Below, piece after piece: positions 10,580 through 19,302 of a stretch of DNA of 22,844 nucleotides. The stretch is taken from positions 38,912 through 61,755 of the forward strand of contig PBLI01000084.1 of NCBI GenBank assembly GCA_002721695.1, written 5' to 3'. The position numbers were made by a program, and so were the translations under genes. Source of the DNA: Roseibacillus sp. (GTDB lineage: Bacteria; Verrucomicrobiota; Verrucomicrobiia; Verrucomicrobiales; Akkermansiaceae). Positions within the stretch are counted from its first letter, which is position 1. The number at the start of each line of letters is the position of its first letter. Under the pieces are notes generated by a model that did no database searches, had not been told where the DNA came from, and worked only from the letters and a program-made list of their open reading frames with translations.

Positions 10580-12601
10580 ATGAGCGCCGGGAAGTCCAGT
10601 CAATCCCTCTCCATTCTGGAGGCCTGTTCCGAAAAGGACCTCGAGGCGCTGAGCGGCGCCGGGATAGATACGCTGGGCGATCTCCTGGACTGGTTTCCGA
10701 GGCGCTATGAGGACCGAAGACGCTTCGATGCCTTTCCCGTGCAGGCCGGTGGGGAACCAGTCTGCCTGCGGGGGCTCGTGGTCGATTCCGCGCGGAAGCG
10801 CTTCGGTGGCCGACGCCAGTTTTACGAGATCGTGATCGAGGAGGGTGGCGACAATGTCCTCTCCACGAGCAAGGTGACCTGTCGATGGTTCAACATGCCC
10901 TACCTGCACCGCATGGTCGCGGTCGGCCACGAAGTGGTGGTTTACGGCAAACCCAAGGAGCAGGGCGGGCGCCTTCTCATCGACCACCCGGAGTTCGAGG
11001 TGGTGCAGGAGTCAGTCGGGCTCTCCATTCATCTTGAACGGATCGTTCCGATATATCGCAACGTGAGCGGAATTCCTCAGAGACGGCTGAGAGAGATGAT
11101 CTACGAGGCCTCGGAGAAGATGGACCCGGCCGAGGTGGAAGCACCCTATGAGATCGACCCCGGATTTCCCCGGGAAGAGGCTTTGCGCGCGGTCCACTTT
11201 CCCGCGGAACTGGAGCGTGCGCGGGAGGCCCGCCGCTACTTTGCGAAGGAAGAATTCTTCCTGCTGCAGGTCCATGTCCTGCGGCGGCGCCAGCAGCATC
11301 TCGAGCACCCCGGGCGGGTGCAGGGCCGCAAGACCGGATTACTGAGCGCCTTCCATGAGAGCCTGCCCTTCGAGCTGACCGCAGCGCAGAAGCGTAGCGT
11401 GCACGAGATCGCGGTCGACCTGCGGAGCGAGCGTCCCATGAACCGTCTCCTCCAGGGCGACGTGGGGTCGGGAAAGACCTTCGTGGCAATGTGTGCGATG
11501 CTGCTCGCGGTGGAGTCCGGGGGCCAGGCGGCTCTGATGGCTCCCACCCAGATCCTGGCCGAGCAGCATTACCTCACCTTCCGCAAGTGGCTGGCTCCGC
11601 TGGGCCTGCGCCTCTCACTGGTGACAGGATCGAAGCGGGAGAGCGATCACCTGGACCTTGCGGGTGACCCCCAGATCGTGATCGGCACCCATGCTCTCCT
11701 CTACGACAGCGTTGAGTTCAGCGATCTTGGACTGGTGGTCATTGACGAGCAGCACAAGTTCGGCGTGGCTCAGCGGGGGCAGCTCATTCAGCAGGGGATC
11801 ATGCCGGATGTCCTCGTCATGACCGCCACGCCGATTCCCCGGACCTTGACTCTGACGATTTACGGGGATCTCGATGTTTCCGTCCTCGATGAACTTCCGG
11901 CGGGCCGCGGCAAGATCGTGACCGGAGTGCGGGTGAAGCCCAAGGTGACGGATGTGACGAGGTTCGTGAAGGAGCAGCTGGTGGAGGGGCGGCAGGCCTA
12001 TCTCGTCTACCCGCTGGTGGAGGAGAGCGGAGCGGTGAAGGCCGGGTCGGTGACCGGCGAGATCGAGAAGTGGCGGAAGCGCTGCAAGGGGTATGAGGTC
12101 GGGCTCCTGCACGGGCAGTTGAAGCCGGAGGAGAAGGAAGACGTCATGAACCGGTTTCGCGACAATGAGATCCAGGTCCTCGTGGCCACCACGGTGGTCG
12201 AAGTGGGCGTGGATGTTCCGAACGCCAACCTGATGGTGATTTACAACGCGGAGCGCTTCGGGCTGGCCCAGCTCCACCAGCTGCGGGGCCGAATCGGAAG
12301 GGGTAAGCACAGGAGTTACTGCGTTCTGGTCACCGACGGGAAGAGCGAGGACGGGCTGAGAAAACTACGGGTGCTTGAGGACACCGGGGACGGATTCAAG
12401 ATAGCGGAGGAGGACCTTGTCCTGCGGGGACCGGGGGAGGTCCTGGGCACCGCGCAGAGTGGCTTGAGCGACCTGCGCTTTGCGGACTTTCTCGCCGATA
12501 CCGCGCTCGTGCGCGAAGCCCGCGCCCTCGCAGAAGAGCTTCTCGAGCGTGATCCGGACCTCGAGGATTATCCGGAACTGCGGGAACGGATACGGGAGTA
12601 G
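10580..12601 (+). CDS. recG: ATP-dependent DNA helicase RecG
   Basis: Wedge domain followed by SF2 helicase motifs: I LLQGDVGSGKT, II VIDEQHKFGV, VI QLRGRIGRG. It starts 16 nt after the recJ stop, so the two genes are probably co-transcribed. Confidence 0.92.
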   Translation: MSAGKSSQSLSILEACSEKDLEALSGAGIDTLGDLLDWFPRRYEDRRRFDAFPVQAGGEPVCLRGLVVDSARKRFGGRRQFYEIVIEEGGDNVLSTSKVTCRWFNMPYLHRMVAVGHEVVVYGKPKEQGGRLLIDHPEFEVVQESVGLSIHLERIVPIYRNVSGIPQRRLREMIYEASEKMDPAEVEAPYEIDPGFPREEALRAVHFPAELERAREARRYFAKEEFFLLQVHVLRRRQQHLEHPGRVQGRKTGLLSAFHESLPFELTAAQKRSVHEIAVDLRSERPMNRLLQGDVGSGKTFVAMCAMLLAVESGGQAALMAPTQILAEQHYLTFRKWLAPLGLRLSLVTGSKRESDHLDLAGDPQIVIGTHALLYDSVEFSDLGLVVIDEQHKFGVAQRGQLIQQGIMPDVLVMTATPIPRTLTLTIYGDLDVSVLDELPAGRGKIVTGVRVKPKVTDVTRFVKEQLVEGRQAYLVYPLVEESGAVKAGSVTGEIEKWRKRCKGYEVGLLHGQLKPEEKEDVMNRFRDNEIQVLVATTVVEVGVDVPNANLMVIYNAERFGLAQLHQLRGRIGRGKHRSYCVLVTDGKSEDGLRKLRVLEDTGDGFKIAEEDLVLRGPGEVLGTAQSGLSDLRFADFLADTALVREARALAEELLERDPDLEDYPELRERIRE

Positions 12602-12624
12602 GAAATGGGAACCGGGGATGCAGC

Positions 12625-12999
12625 CTAACGCTCGAGGATTTCCACCTCGTAGCCATCCGGATCAGTCACGAAAGCCATCTTACGCTCTCCCGAGGAGAAT
12701 TTCTCGCGCCAGCCGCCAGGCCAGATTTCGATCCCGGTGTTCTCCAGCCGGTCGCAGTAGGCAATGATGTCGGGGACCCCCACGCAGGTGTGCATGAGGT
12801 CCTCGGGGAACTCGACCTTGAACTCGGGGGAGTAGGTGAGCTCAAGGAAATGCTCATTGCCGGGAAGGTGAAGGAAGGCGAGTTTGTTCCCCTGGGGAGA
12901 GTCCTTGCGCTCGCCCACCTCGAAGCCAAGCTTCTGGTAGAAGGCGATGGAAGCTTCGGGATCCGAGACCCGGATCCGGGTGTGGAGAAACTTGATCAT
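12625..12999 (-). CDS. gloA: Glyoxalase I / VOC-family protein (lactoylglutathione lyase-like)
   Basis: The internal ATG at 12999..12997 gives MIKFLHTRIRVSDPEASIAFYQKLGFEV...LELTYSPEF...AFVTDPDGYEVEILER (124 aa), which aligns with E. coli GloA. The 72 upstream P/R-rich codons in the ORF track are read-through. Confidence 0.75.
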   Translation of the reverse strand: MIKFLHTRIRVSDPEASIAFYQKLGFEVGERKDSPQGNKLAFLHLPGNEHFLELTYSPEFKVEFPEDLMHTCVGVPDIIAYCDRLENTGIEIWPGGWREKFSSGERKMAFVTDPDGYEVEILER

Positions 13000-13308
13000 G
13001 GAGGGAGTAGCAGGCAGGGCGCAGCGGGTGGCAAGGATAGAATCAAGTCCTTTGTGTCCATCGCGCAGTCCCGCGTGTCCCGGTGATCTGGAAGACGGGC
13101 AATGGCGCGCTGCGCTCGATGGACCGGGGCGAGGACGGGGAGGGGGCATCCTGCAGGCAGGAATGAGGCTCGGGTTCCGCGGGGATTGTCTCTTGCTACC
13201 CCGGGCAACTGGCATTAGTTAAATTTCATCGCTCTTCGGTCCTTCAGCCTGACGCTTGCGCTCCGCTATCTCAATCCGAAGCGGACCTACTTCTCACTGA
13301 TCACCCTG

Positions 13309-14841
13309 GTGTGCCTCCTGGGGGTTGCGGTGGGCGTGATGGTTTTGATCGTGGTGCTGGCGGTGATGGCGGGCTTCGAGCGGGAAGTGAAGAGCCGACT
13401 GCTGGGATTCTCTCCCCATGTGCAGCTTGAATTGATGGGCGTGCAAGGCCCCGAGCTGATCTTCGACTGGCGGGAGATCAAGGAGCAGGTTGAAGCGGTT
13501 GAAGGCGTGGAGGAAGCTTATGCCCAGCTGCGGGATTTCACGATCCTGGAAATGTCGGACCTCTTTTATCCGGTCGAGTACCGCGCGATTGATACGACCA
13601 ACGAGAGCCAGATGAAGGGCCTCGAGGAGCTCATCCTCAAGGAGAAGTACGGTGGGACAGCCGACATGGGCCTCGACGACCGGGCGGTGGTTGCGGAGTC
13701 GACTGCCAGGCAGTTCGGAATCGCCGTTGGAGATCGGATCCTGCTCCACTCTGCGCGTAACCTGCAGCAACTGGCAGAGGCCTGGAAAACCACGGATCGC
13801 CCGCTCGTTGCGGTGGAGCATGCCGAGATGCTTGCCCAGGTGCGCAAGGACCTGCGGAACGAGATGACGGTTGAGAATACCAGGGAAGCTTTCGATATCG
13901 CGATATTGTCCGGAATTTTCGATGCGCTTGATGCAATCCGCCAGGAGAACATCCGGGAGAGTGAGCGGGGGATTCTCATCAATATCCTGAGCACGTTCCA
14001 GTCCGGCAAGCCGAATGAAGAGGATACCCGCTTCCTGCTGGAGCCCGGCTCGGTGGAGAGCGTTCTTGATCAACTCGACATCCTCGAAGCGATGGACCGC
14101 GAGGTGGAAGATGGGCGCCTCCTGCGAGGCATGCGGGAAGTGGCTCTGCCCCGGGAGCTGGAAGTGGTGGGGATCTTCCGGACGAGCCAGCATGTGCTGC
14201 ACCCTGCCGTCTTTGTTCCGCTCTCGATCGGGCAGGAGCTCAAGAACCTTGAGGGGGGAGTGGAAGCAATCGGGGTTCGGGTGGACGACCCCTACAAAGT
14301 TGAGCTTGTCCAGGAGCAGCTCAATGAGGCCCTCGGCTCGAGGTGGTCCGTGCAGAGCTGGAAGGACCAGAACCGGTCCTGGGTGGAACTGATCGCGAGG
14401 GAGCGGATGATGATGTATTTCGCCCTCTCCTTCATCGTGCTGGTTTCGGCCTTCTGCATCATGGCCGTGATTTTCACCATCACCATCATGAAGAAGCAGG
14501 AGATCGGGGTTATGAAAGCGCTGGGGGCCACGCCTTTCCAGGTGGTGAGGGTCTTTACCTTCCAGGGGTCGATCGTGGGATTTCTGGGGGCTGCGCTGGG
14601 GGTGGGCCTCGGCCTTCTGGTGGTGCGGTTCCGGGACCCGATTTACGGGGTGCTCAAGAATGTAGGCTTTGACGTGTTCCCGGCGGACTTTCACGGCATC
14701 GATGGTTTGCCGGCTCACGTGAATCCTCCGGAGGTGGTCATCGTGGGAGTGGGCGCCTTTGTGCTCTGTGCGATCGCGGCCTTCATCCCGGCCTTCCTTA
14801 CCTCCCGGCGTGATCCCGCGAGCTGTCTTCGCAACTTCTGA
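13309..14841 (+). CDS. LolC/LolE-family (FtsX-like) ABC transporter permease; true start probably upstream, about 13219-13308
   Basis: LGVAVGVMVLIVVLAVMAGFERE (LolC/E TM1 plus the conserved GFERE), a large periplasmic loop, and a C-terminal 3-TM FtsX domain. The in-frame upstream codons encode FIALRSFSLTLALRYLNPKRTYFSLITLV, which matches the LolC/E N-terminus, but there is no ATG/GTG/TTG between the TAG at 13216 and the GTG at 13309. Confidence 0.85.
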   Translation: MCLLGVAVGVMVLIVVLAVMAGFEREVKSRLLGFSPHVQLELMGVQGPELIFDWREIKEQVEAVEGVEEAYAQLRDFTILEMSDLFYPVEYRAIDTTNESQMKGLEELILKEKYGGTADMGLDDRAVVAESTARQFGIAVGDRILLHSARNLQQLAEAWKTTDRPLVAVEHAEMLAQVRKDLRNEMTVENTREAFDIAILSGIFDALDAIRQENIRESERGILINILSTFQSGKPNEEDTRFLLEPGSVESVLDQLDILEAMDREVEDGRLLRGMREVALPRELEVVGIFRTSQHVLHPAVFVPLSIGQELKNLEGGVEAIGVRVDDPYKVELVQEQLNEALGSRWSVQSWKDQNRSWVELIARERMMMYFALSFIVLVSAFCIMAVIFTITIMKKQEIGVMKALGATPFQVVRVFTFQGSIVGFLGAALGVGLGLLVVRFRDPIYGVLKNVGFDVFPADFHGIDGLPAHVNPPEVVIVGVGAFVLCAIAAFIPAFLTSRRDPASCLRNF

Positions 14842-14851
14842 GGGGGGCGTC

Positions 14852-15616
14852 ATGGAAGTCTGGATTGTCGAGGAGGGAGAGAAACGGGGCCCCTACCAGG
14901 CCTACGAAATCCGCGACCGGATCGAGAGGAAAGAACTCGCGGGTAATGAGCTTGCGTGGCACAGGGACCGGGAAGGCTGGATCGAGCTGAGGGAGATGGA
15001 TGCTTTCCGGGCGGAGTTCGACAAGTCACCGCAGGAGCTGGCGAGATCCCATCCGCCTCCGTTGCCGCCTCAGCCCTATCCCTTTCTCCGCTTCTTCGCG
15101 CGCTGGTTTGATGTCTGCCTCTACCTGCTCTTTATTTTCGGGCTGGTGCAGCTCGTGGGGCTCAACCTCTACAACGCCATGGGAGGATCGTTCCGGGCTC
15201 TTTACTTCCTGCCCTTTGTCTGCGTGGAGGCGGCTTTCATCCACCTGACCAAGACAACACCCGGCAAGTTCTTACTCGGAATCCGGGTGGTGACCCCGGA
15301 AGAGAACGCCCTCTCCCTGCAGGCCTCGCTGGTGCGTTCCCTGCGTGCCTACATCGTCGGGCTCGGACTTATGTTCGCGCCGCTCCTTACCGTGATGTGC
15401 CACACCTTCTGCATCTGGTATCTCATGCGTTTCAGCGAGGCACCGTGGGACACCACGGCAAAAACCAGGATCCGGGTAACGGGCCCCCTTCTCTTTCCGG
15501 TCATTCTCTTCATCATGTTTTTTGTCATCATTGTCGCGCTGCTTTCCCTCGTCCTAATGCCCGCCGTATTCCAAGCCTGGGAGGAGCTCAGCGGGCAGAT
15601 GACGGGACTTGGTTGA
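14852..15616 (+). CDS. DUF4339 (GYF-like) + RDD-family integral membrane protein
   Basis: ATG 10 nt after the lolC-like stop, preceded by gagggggg. N-terminus MEVWIVEEGEKRGPYQAYEIRDRIERKELAGNELAWHRDREGWIEL (a DUF4339-type small domain), then a proline-rich linker and 3-4 TM helices with RDD-like residues. Confidence 0.7.
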   Translation: MEVWIVEEGEKRGPYQAYEIRDRIERKELAGNELAWHRDREGWIELREMDAFRAEFDKSPQELARSHPPPLPPQPYPFLRFFARWFDVCLYLLFIFGLVQLVGLNLYNAMGGSFRALYFLPFVCVEAAFIHLTKTTPGKFLLGIRVVTPEENALSLQASLVRSLRAYIVGLGLMFAPLLTVMCHTFCIWYLMRFSEAPWDTTAKTRIRVTGPLLFPVILFIMFFVIIVALLSLVLMPAVFQAWEELSGQMTGLG

Positions 15617-15653
15617 CTCTATCTGTAGCAGCACCATACTCCGGGCAACGCAC

Positions 15654-16241
15654 ATGCCTGGGACGGTCTACTTCGATCTGGAAACACAGCGCAGCTTCAA
15701 CGACGTTGGCGGGTCGTCCAATCTGAGCAAAATGGGTGTCTCGGTGGGGTGCTCCTTCTGCACGGATTCGGGGGAGTACCGGGTTTACCCGGAAGAAGAG
15801 CTGGAAGACCTCGTCCAGCTTCTCACGAGGGCAGAGCTGGTGGTGGGCTACAATCACCTCCACTTTGATTACGGTGTGCTTGAAGGCTACACCGTGCTGG
15901 ATCTCGAATCCCAGACGGTGAACCTCGATCTCATGGTGGACCTGAAGGAGATCCTGGGCCGGAGGATCGGGCTGGGACAGGTCGCGGCGTCCACCCTCGG
16001 AACTGGCAAGACGGCAGTGGGTGTCGATGCCCTCAAGTGGTGGAGAGAGCACAAGGCCGTGGTGGGAGAGCAGGCCCGGAAGCCCGTCACCGCATACAGC
16101 GAGCCGCTCATGAAGATTGCCGAATACTGTGCCTACGACGTGAAGGTGACAAAGTGCCTGCACGAGTACGGACGTCAGCATGGACACGTCAAGTACGACG
16201 ATGGATCGGGGTCGCAGCAGGAGGTTGAGGTGAACTGGTAA
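15654..16241 (+). CDS. DnaQ-like (DEDDy) 3'-5' exonuclease, YprB / RNase_H_2-like
   Basis: ExoI VYFDLET, ExoII VVGYNHLHFDYGVL, ExoIII YCAYDV. A possible TTG start at 15609 would overlap the upstream stop by 8 nt. Confidence 0.65.
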   Translation: MPGTVYFDLETQRSFNDVGGSSNLSKMGVSVGCSFCTDSGEYRVYPEEELEDLVQLLTRAELVVGYNHLHFDYGVLEGYTVLDLESQTVNLDLMVDLKEILGRRIGLGQVAASTLGTGKTAVGVDALKWWREHKAVVGEQARKPVTAYSEPLMKIAEYCAYDVKVTKCLHEYGRQHGHVKYDDGSGSQQEVEVNW

Positions 16242-16453
16242 GGGCCGCATCCCTGTTCGCTTCAAGCAGGCCGGGCGCAGGGTGCCGTTGCCATCCATCC
16301 TATTCCAGTCGGCTCGCCCGAATCTGCTCGAAGCAAGAATTCAGGAACTTCAAACCATCCGGAGATCCCCTGATCGTAGGGGGTTGGTGCGTTGTTCCAG
16401 CGGGTTCCGAAATTCAGGCTTGTTTGTAATGGCATTCTGCCCGCGTTCGCTGC

Positions 16454-17158
16454 TTGTATGCCGGAGCCGTGAAGGAAATATGGGACCTTGCGACCAACGG
16501 ACAGGTGCTTCCGTTTACGCTCCTGTTGATTCCGGTCGCGCTCTACTGGCTCCTGGCGCTGCTGGGGACGCTGGATCTTGACTTTCTGGATGTGGACCTG
16601 GACCAGGATGTCGACGTGAGCGCCAGTGCCACTGTGGACGCGGGTGGGCAGGGGAACGGGCACGGAGACGTCCCCGGCCAGGGCGTGGTGATGAATGTGT
16701 TCCATGGTGCACTCAGGGCGATCAATGCCACCGACGTGCCCGTCATGGTCGTATTTTCCATTCTCATGATCATGATGTGGTTGTGCGCCATGCTTGGAAA
16801 CCTGTGGTTCAATGCGGGTGGAGGGGATGGATTGGGAACGATTATTGGTCTTAGTGCGGTGGCGGGAGGCTTGCTCCTGACCCGCGTGCTTACGGAGCCG
16901 CTGAAGCCGGTCTTCCGGGCCATGAGGGGTGCCGGAACCCCCAATCGCCCGGTGGTGGGCCGCAGCGGCAAGGTTCGCTCGCATGAACTGGACGAGCAGA
17001 GCGGGCAGGTGGAGATCGAGGAAAAGGGAGAGGTTATTTTAATCAACGCGCGTCTGGCGGAGGGGTCCGAGCCCCTGAGCCAGGGGGCGGAGGTGATTGT
17101 CTACGATTACAACGACGAGAGAGGAATTTACTACGTCAGGCACCTGACACCCAGCTAA
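16454..17158 (+). CDS. NfeD-like / YqiJ-family membrane protein with C-terminal OB-fold
   Basis: TM helices (LPFTLLLIPVALYWLLALLG; VMVVFSILMIMMWLCAMLGNLWF; LGTIIGLSAVAGGLLL), then GRSGKVRSHELDEQSGQVEIEEKGEVILINARLAEGSEPLSQGAEVIVYDYNDERGIYYVRHL, a short-NfeD beta-barrel. The start is TTG 16454 or GTG 16469. It lies 30 nt upstream of the flotillin gene. Confidence 0.7.
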   Translation: MYAGAVKEIWDLATNGQVLPFTLLLIPVALYWLLALLGTLDLDFLDVDLDQDVDVSASATVDAGGQGNGHGDVPGQGVVMNVFHGALRAINATDVPVMVVFSILMIMMWLCAMLGNLWFNAGGGDGLGTIIGLSAVAGGLLLTRVLTEPLKPVFRAMRGAGTPNRPVVGRSGKVRSHELDEQSGQVEIEEKGEVILINARLAEGSEPLSQGAEVIVYDYNDERGIYYVRHLTPS

Positions 17159-17188
17159 CCAAACCACGCAAAGACAACTGTTCGACCC

Positions 17189-19219
17189 ATGACTGCACTA
17201 CTACCGAGCCTGCCTCTGGCAAACCAGACCTTGATCATCGTTGGCCTTTCGATAGGGGGCCTCGTGGCGCTCTTCGTCGTCATGGCGATGACCTACGCCG
17301 CGCTCTATCGCAAGGTGAAGAAGGGGACCGCCCTGATCCGGACCGGATTCGGCGGAACCAAGATCGAGTTCAACGGAATCCTGGTCTGGCCCGTCTTCCA
17401 CCGGGTGGAGACCATGGACATCTCCCTCAAGCGGATCGAAATCGACCGGACGGGGAACAATGGCCTGATCTGTCAGGACAACATGCGGGCGGACATCAAG
17501 GTGGCCTTCTTTGTCCGGGTTAACAACGTGGAGGAAGATGTTCTCCGGGTTGCCCAGTCAGTGGGTTGCGAGCGCGCGTCGAGTGAGCCCGAAATCCGCA
17601 ATCTGTTCGACGCAAAGTTTTCCGAGGCCCTCAAGACAGTGGGCAAACGCTTCGATTTCATTGCCCTCTACGAGGACCGGGACAAATTCCGTGACGAGAT
17701 CCTGAAGGTGATTGGAACGGACCTGAATGGCTTTGTTCTTGATGACGCGGCCATTGACTACCTCGAGCAGACCCCGCTCGAGTCCCTCGACCCGGACAAC
17801 ATCCTTGACTCGGAGGGGATCAAGAAGATTACCGATCTGACCGCGGAACAGGCTAAACTTGCCAACAACATCCAGAGGGACAAGGAGAAGGTCATCAAGC
17901 AGCAGGACGTCGAGGCCCGGGAAGCAATTCTCGAGCTGGAACGCCAGCTGGCGGAGACCGAGGCCAAGCAGCAGCGCGAGGTGGAAACGGTGCAGGCCCG
18001 CGAAAAGGCGGAGGCCCTCAAGGTTCAGGAGGAGCAGCGCCAGAAGGCTGAGCACGCGCGCATTGCGGCCGAGGAGGAGATTCAGGTCGCTTCTCAGAAT
18101 CAGGAGCGCCAGGTTCTCGTGGCCCAGCGAAACAAGGAGCGTACCGACGGTGTGGAGCTTGAGCGGGTGGAGCGAGAGCGTATGCTTGAGCAGATTGAAC
18201 GCGAGCGGGTGACCGAGCTTAAGGCCATCGAGAAGGAAAAGGCCGTGGAAGTTCAGAAGAAGGAAATCCAGGACGTGATTCGTGAACGGGTGGCGGTGGA
18301 AAAGACCGTGGTGGAGGAGCAGCAGCGGATCAAGGACACGGAGGAATTCGCCACCGCGGACCGCCAGAAACAGGTCACCGTGACTCTGGCGGAGGCATCG
18401 GCCCAGGAGAAGCTCATCACGGAGGTCAAGGAGGCGGAAGCCAGCAAGCAGGCCGTGCAGCTTGAGGCTGACCAGAAAGCCTACGAGGTTCTCAAGGCTG
18501 CGGAAGCCGCGCGCCAGGCCGCGGAAATGGAGGCTGAAGAGCGGGTTATCACGGCCGAGGCTGAGGAGACTGCCTCGGAGAAGGAGGCGGCGGCCAAGAA
18601 GCTGATCGCCGATGCGGTGGCCAAGGAGGCCGCCGCGGTGGGACTGGGCGAGGCGGACGTCCTCCGCGCCAAGGGCGAGGCGGACGCTCAGGCGATCACG
18701 CAGAAGGCTGAAGCAATGAAGCTCTTCGAAGAGGCCGGCCAGGGCCACGAGGAATTCAAGCTTAAGCTGGAGAAGGATCTCGACGTGGAGCTCGCCGAGA
18801 TTGACGTGCAGCGCCAGATCGCGGAGCAGCAGGCCCAGGTGGTCGGGGAGGCCCTCAAGTCGGCAAACATCGACATTGTCGGTGGCGAGACTGAGTTTTT
18901 CGACCGCATTACCAACGCGATCACCACCGGTAAGGTGGTCGACCGCACGTTGAACAACAGTGAAGTCCTTGAGGACGTAAAAGACACCTTCTTCAATGGC
19001 GATCCCGACTACTTCAAGTCTCAGTTGGCCAGCTGGCTGGGCGATTTTGGGGTTAAGAGCGAGGATCTGAAGAACCTCAGTGTGACAGCGCTCCTTGCGA
19101 GTCTTGTTTCCAAGGCTCGCGGTGAAGACCGGACGCGTCTCGTCGGGCTCATGGGCGCTGCCGAGCGCTTCGGCCTTGGTGAGGCGAGGGCCGCGGACTT
19201 GCTCGAGAAACTTGGGTAG
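17189..19219 (+). CDS. Flotillin / SPFH (band 7) family protein, YqiK-like, with extended E/A/K/Q-rich coiled-coil
   Basis: N-terminal TM, then an SPFH core (LIRTGFGGTKIEFNGILVWPVFHRVETMDISLKRIEIDR...DIKVAFFVRV) and about 350 aa of EA-rich heptad-like repeats. The minus ORF 17558..18748 is an L-rich antisense shadow. Confidence 0.9.
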   Translation: MTALLPSLPLANQTLIIVGLSIGGLVALFVVMAMTYAALYRKVKKGTALIRTGFGGTKIEFNGILVWPVFHRVETMDISLKRIEIDRTGNNGLICQDNMRADIKVAFFVRVNNVEEDVLRVAQSVGCERASSEPEIRNLFDAKFSEALKTVGKRFDFIALYEDRDKFRDEILKVIGTDLNGFVLDDAAIDYLEQTPLESLDPDNILDSEGIKKITDLTAEQAKLANNIQRDKEKVIKQQDVEAREAILELERQLAETEAKQQREVETVQAREKAEALKVQEEQRQKAEHARIAAEEEIQVASQNQERQVLVAQRNKERTDGVELERVERERMLEQIERERVTELKAIEKEKAVEVQKKEIQDVIRERVAVEKTVVEEQQRIKDTEEFATADRQKQVTVTLAEASAQEKLITEVKEAEASKQAVQLEADQKAYEVLKAAEAARQAAEMEAEERVITAEAEETASEKEAAAKKLIADAVAKEAAAVGLGEADVLRAKGEADAQAITQKAEAMKLFEEAGQGHEEFKLKLEKDLDVELAEIDVQRQIAEQQAQVVGEALKSANIDIVGGETEFFDRITNAITTGKVVDRTLNNSEVLEDVKDTFFNGDPDYFKSQLASWLGDFGVKSEDLKNLSVTALLASLVSKARGEDRTRLVGLMGAAERFGLGEARAADLLEKLG

Positions 19220-19302
19220 CCCGGGGGAACTGTGCAGGAGGATAACCCATGAGGTTGCATCACAGGGGCTGGCCTGTCTCCGAAGGGGGCTCCTGATTCA
19301 TC

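Noticed and set aside
8836-12310. Several minus ORFs (8836..9606, 9928..10581, 10484..10987, 11615..12310) antisense to recJ/recG
   Set aside because: They lie opposite unmistakable RecJ DHH/DHHA1 and RecG helicase motifs. All are shadow ORFs.
10562-13018. 14-mer gagtagcaggcagg present at 10562-10575 (recJ/recG junction) and 13005-13018 (glyoxalase/lolC spacer)
   Set aside because: About one such 14-mer coincidence is expected in 2 x 22.8 kb. No extended similarity surrounds either copy, so it is not a repeat element or an att site.
13294-14853. 519-aa His/Arg-rich minus ORF antisense to the LolC/E permease
   Set aside because: It is low-complexity, with no TM helices or known motifs, and is opposite a well-supported FtsX-family gene.
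15588-16984. Minus ORFs 15588..16298 and 16262..16984 antisense to the exonuclease and NfeD-like genes
   Set aside because: Shadow ORFs. 16262..16984 is His-rich low complexity and spans an intergenic region.
18300-18720. Repetitive GAG/GCG/GCC-rich DNA in the flotillin gene, considered as a possible tandem repeat or array
   Set aside because: There is no fixed-period direct repeat or spacer structure. It is codon-level low complexity from the EA-rich coiled-coil.
17558-18748. 396-aa Leu-rich minus ORF with LLGL/LLLL repeats
   Set aside because: It is the reverse complement of the flotillin E/A/K/Q-rich coiled-coil codons (GAG/GCC/AAG to CTC/GGC/CTT). The repetitiveness is a coding artefact, not a repeat protein or a CRISPR-like array.
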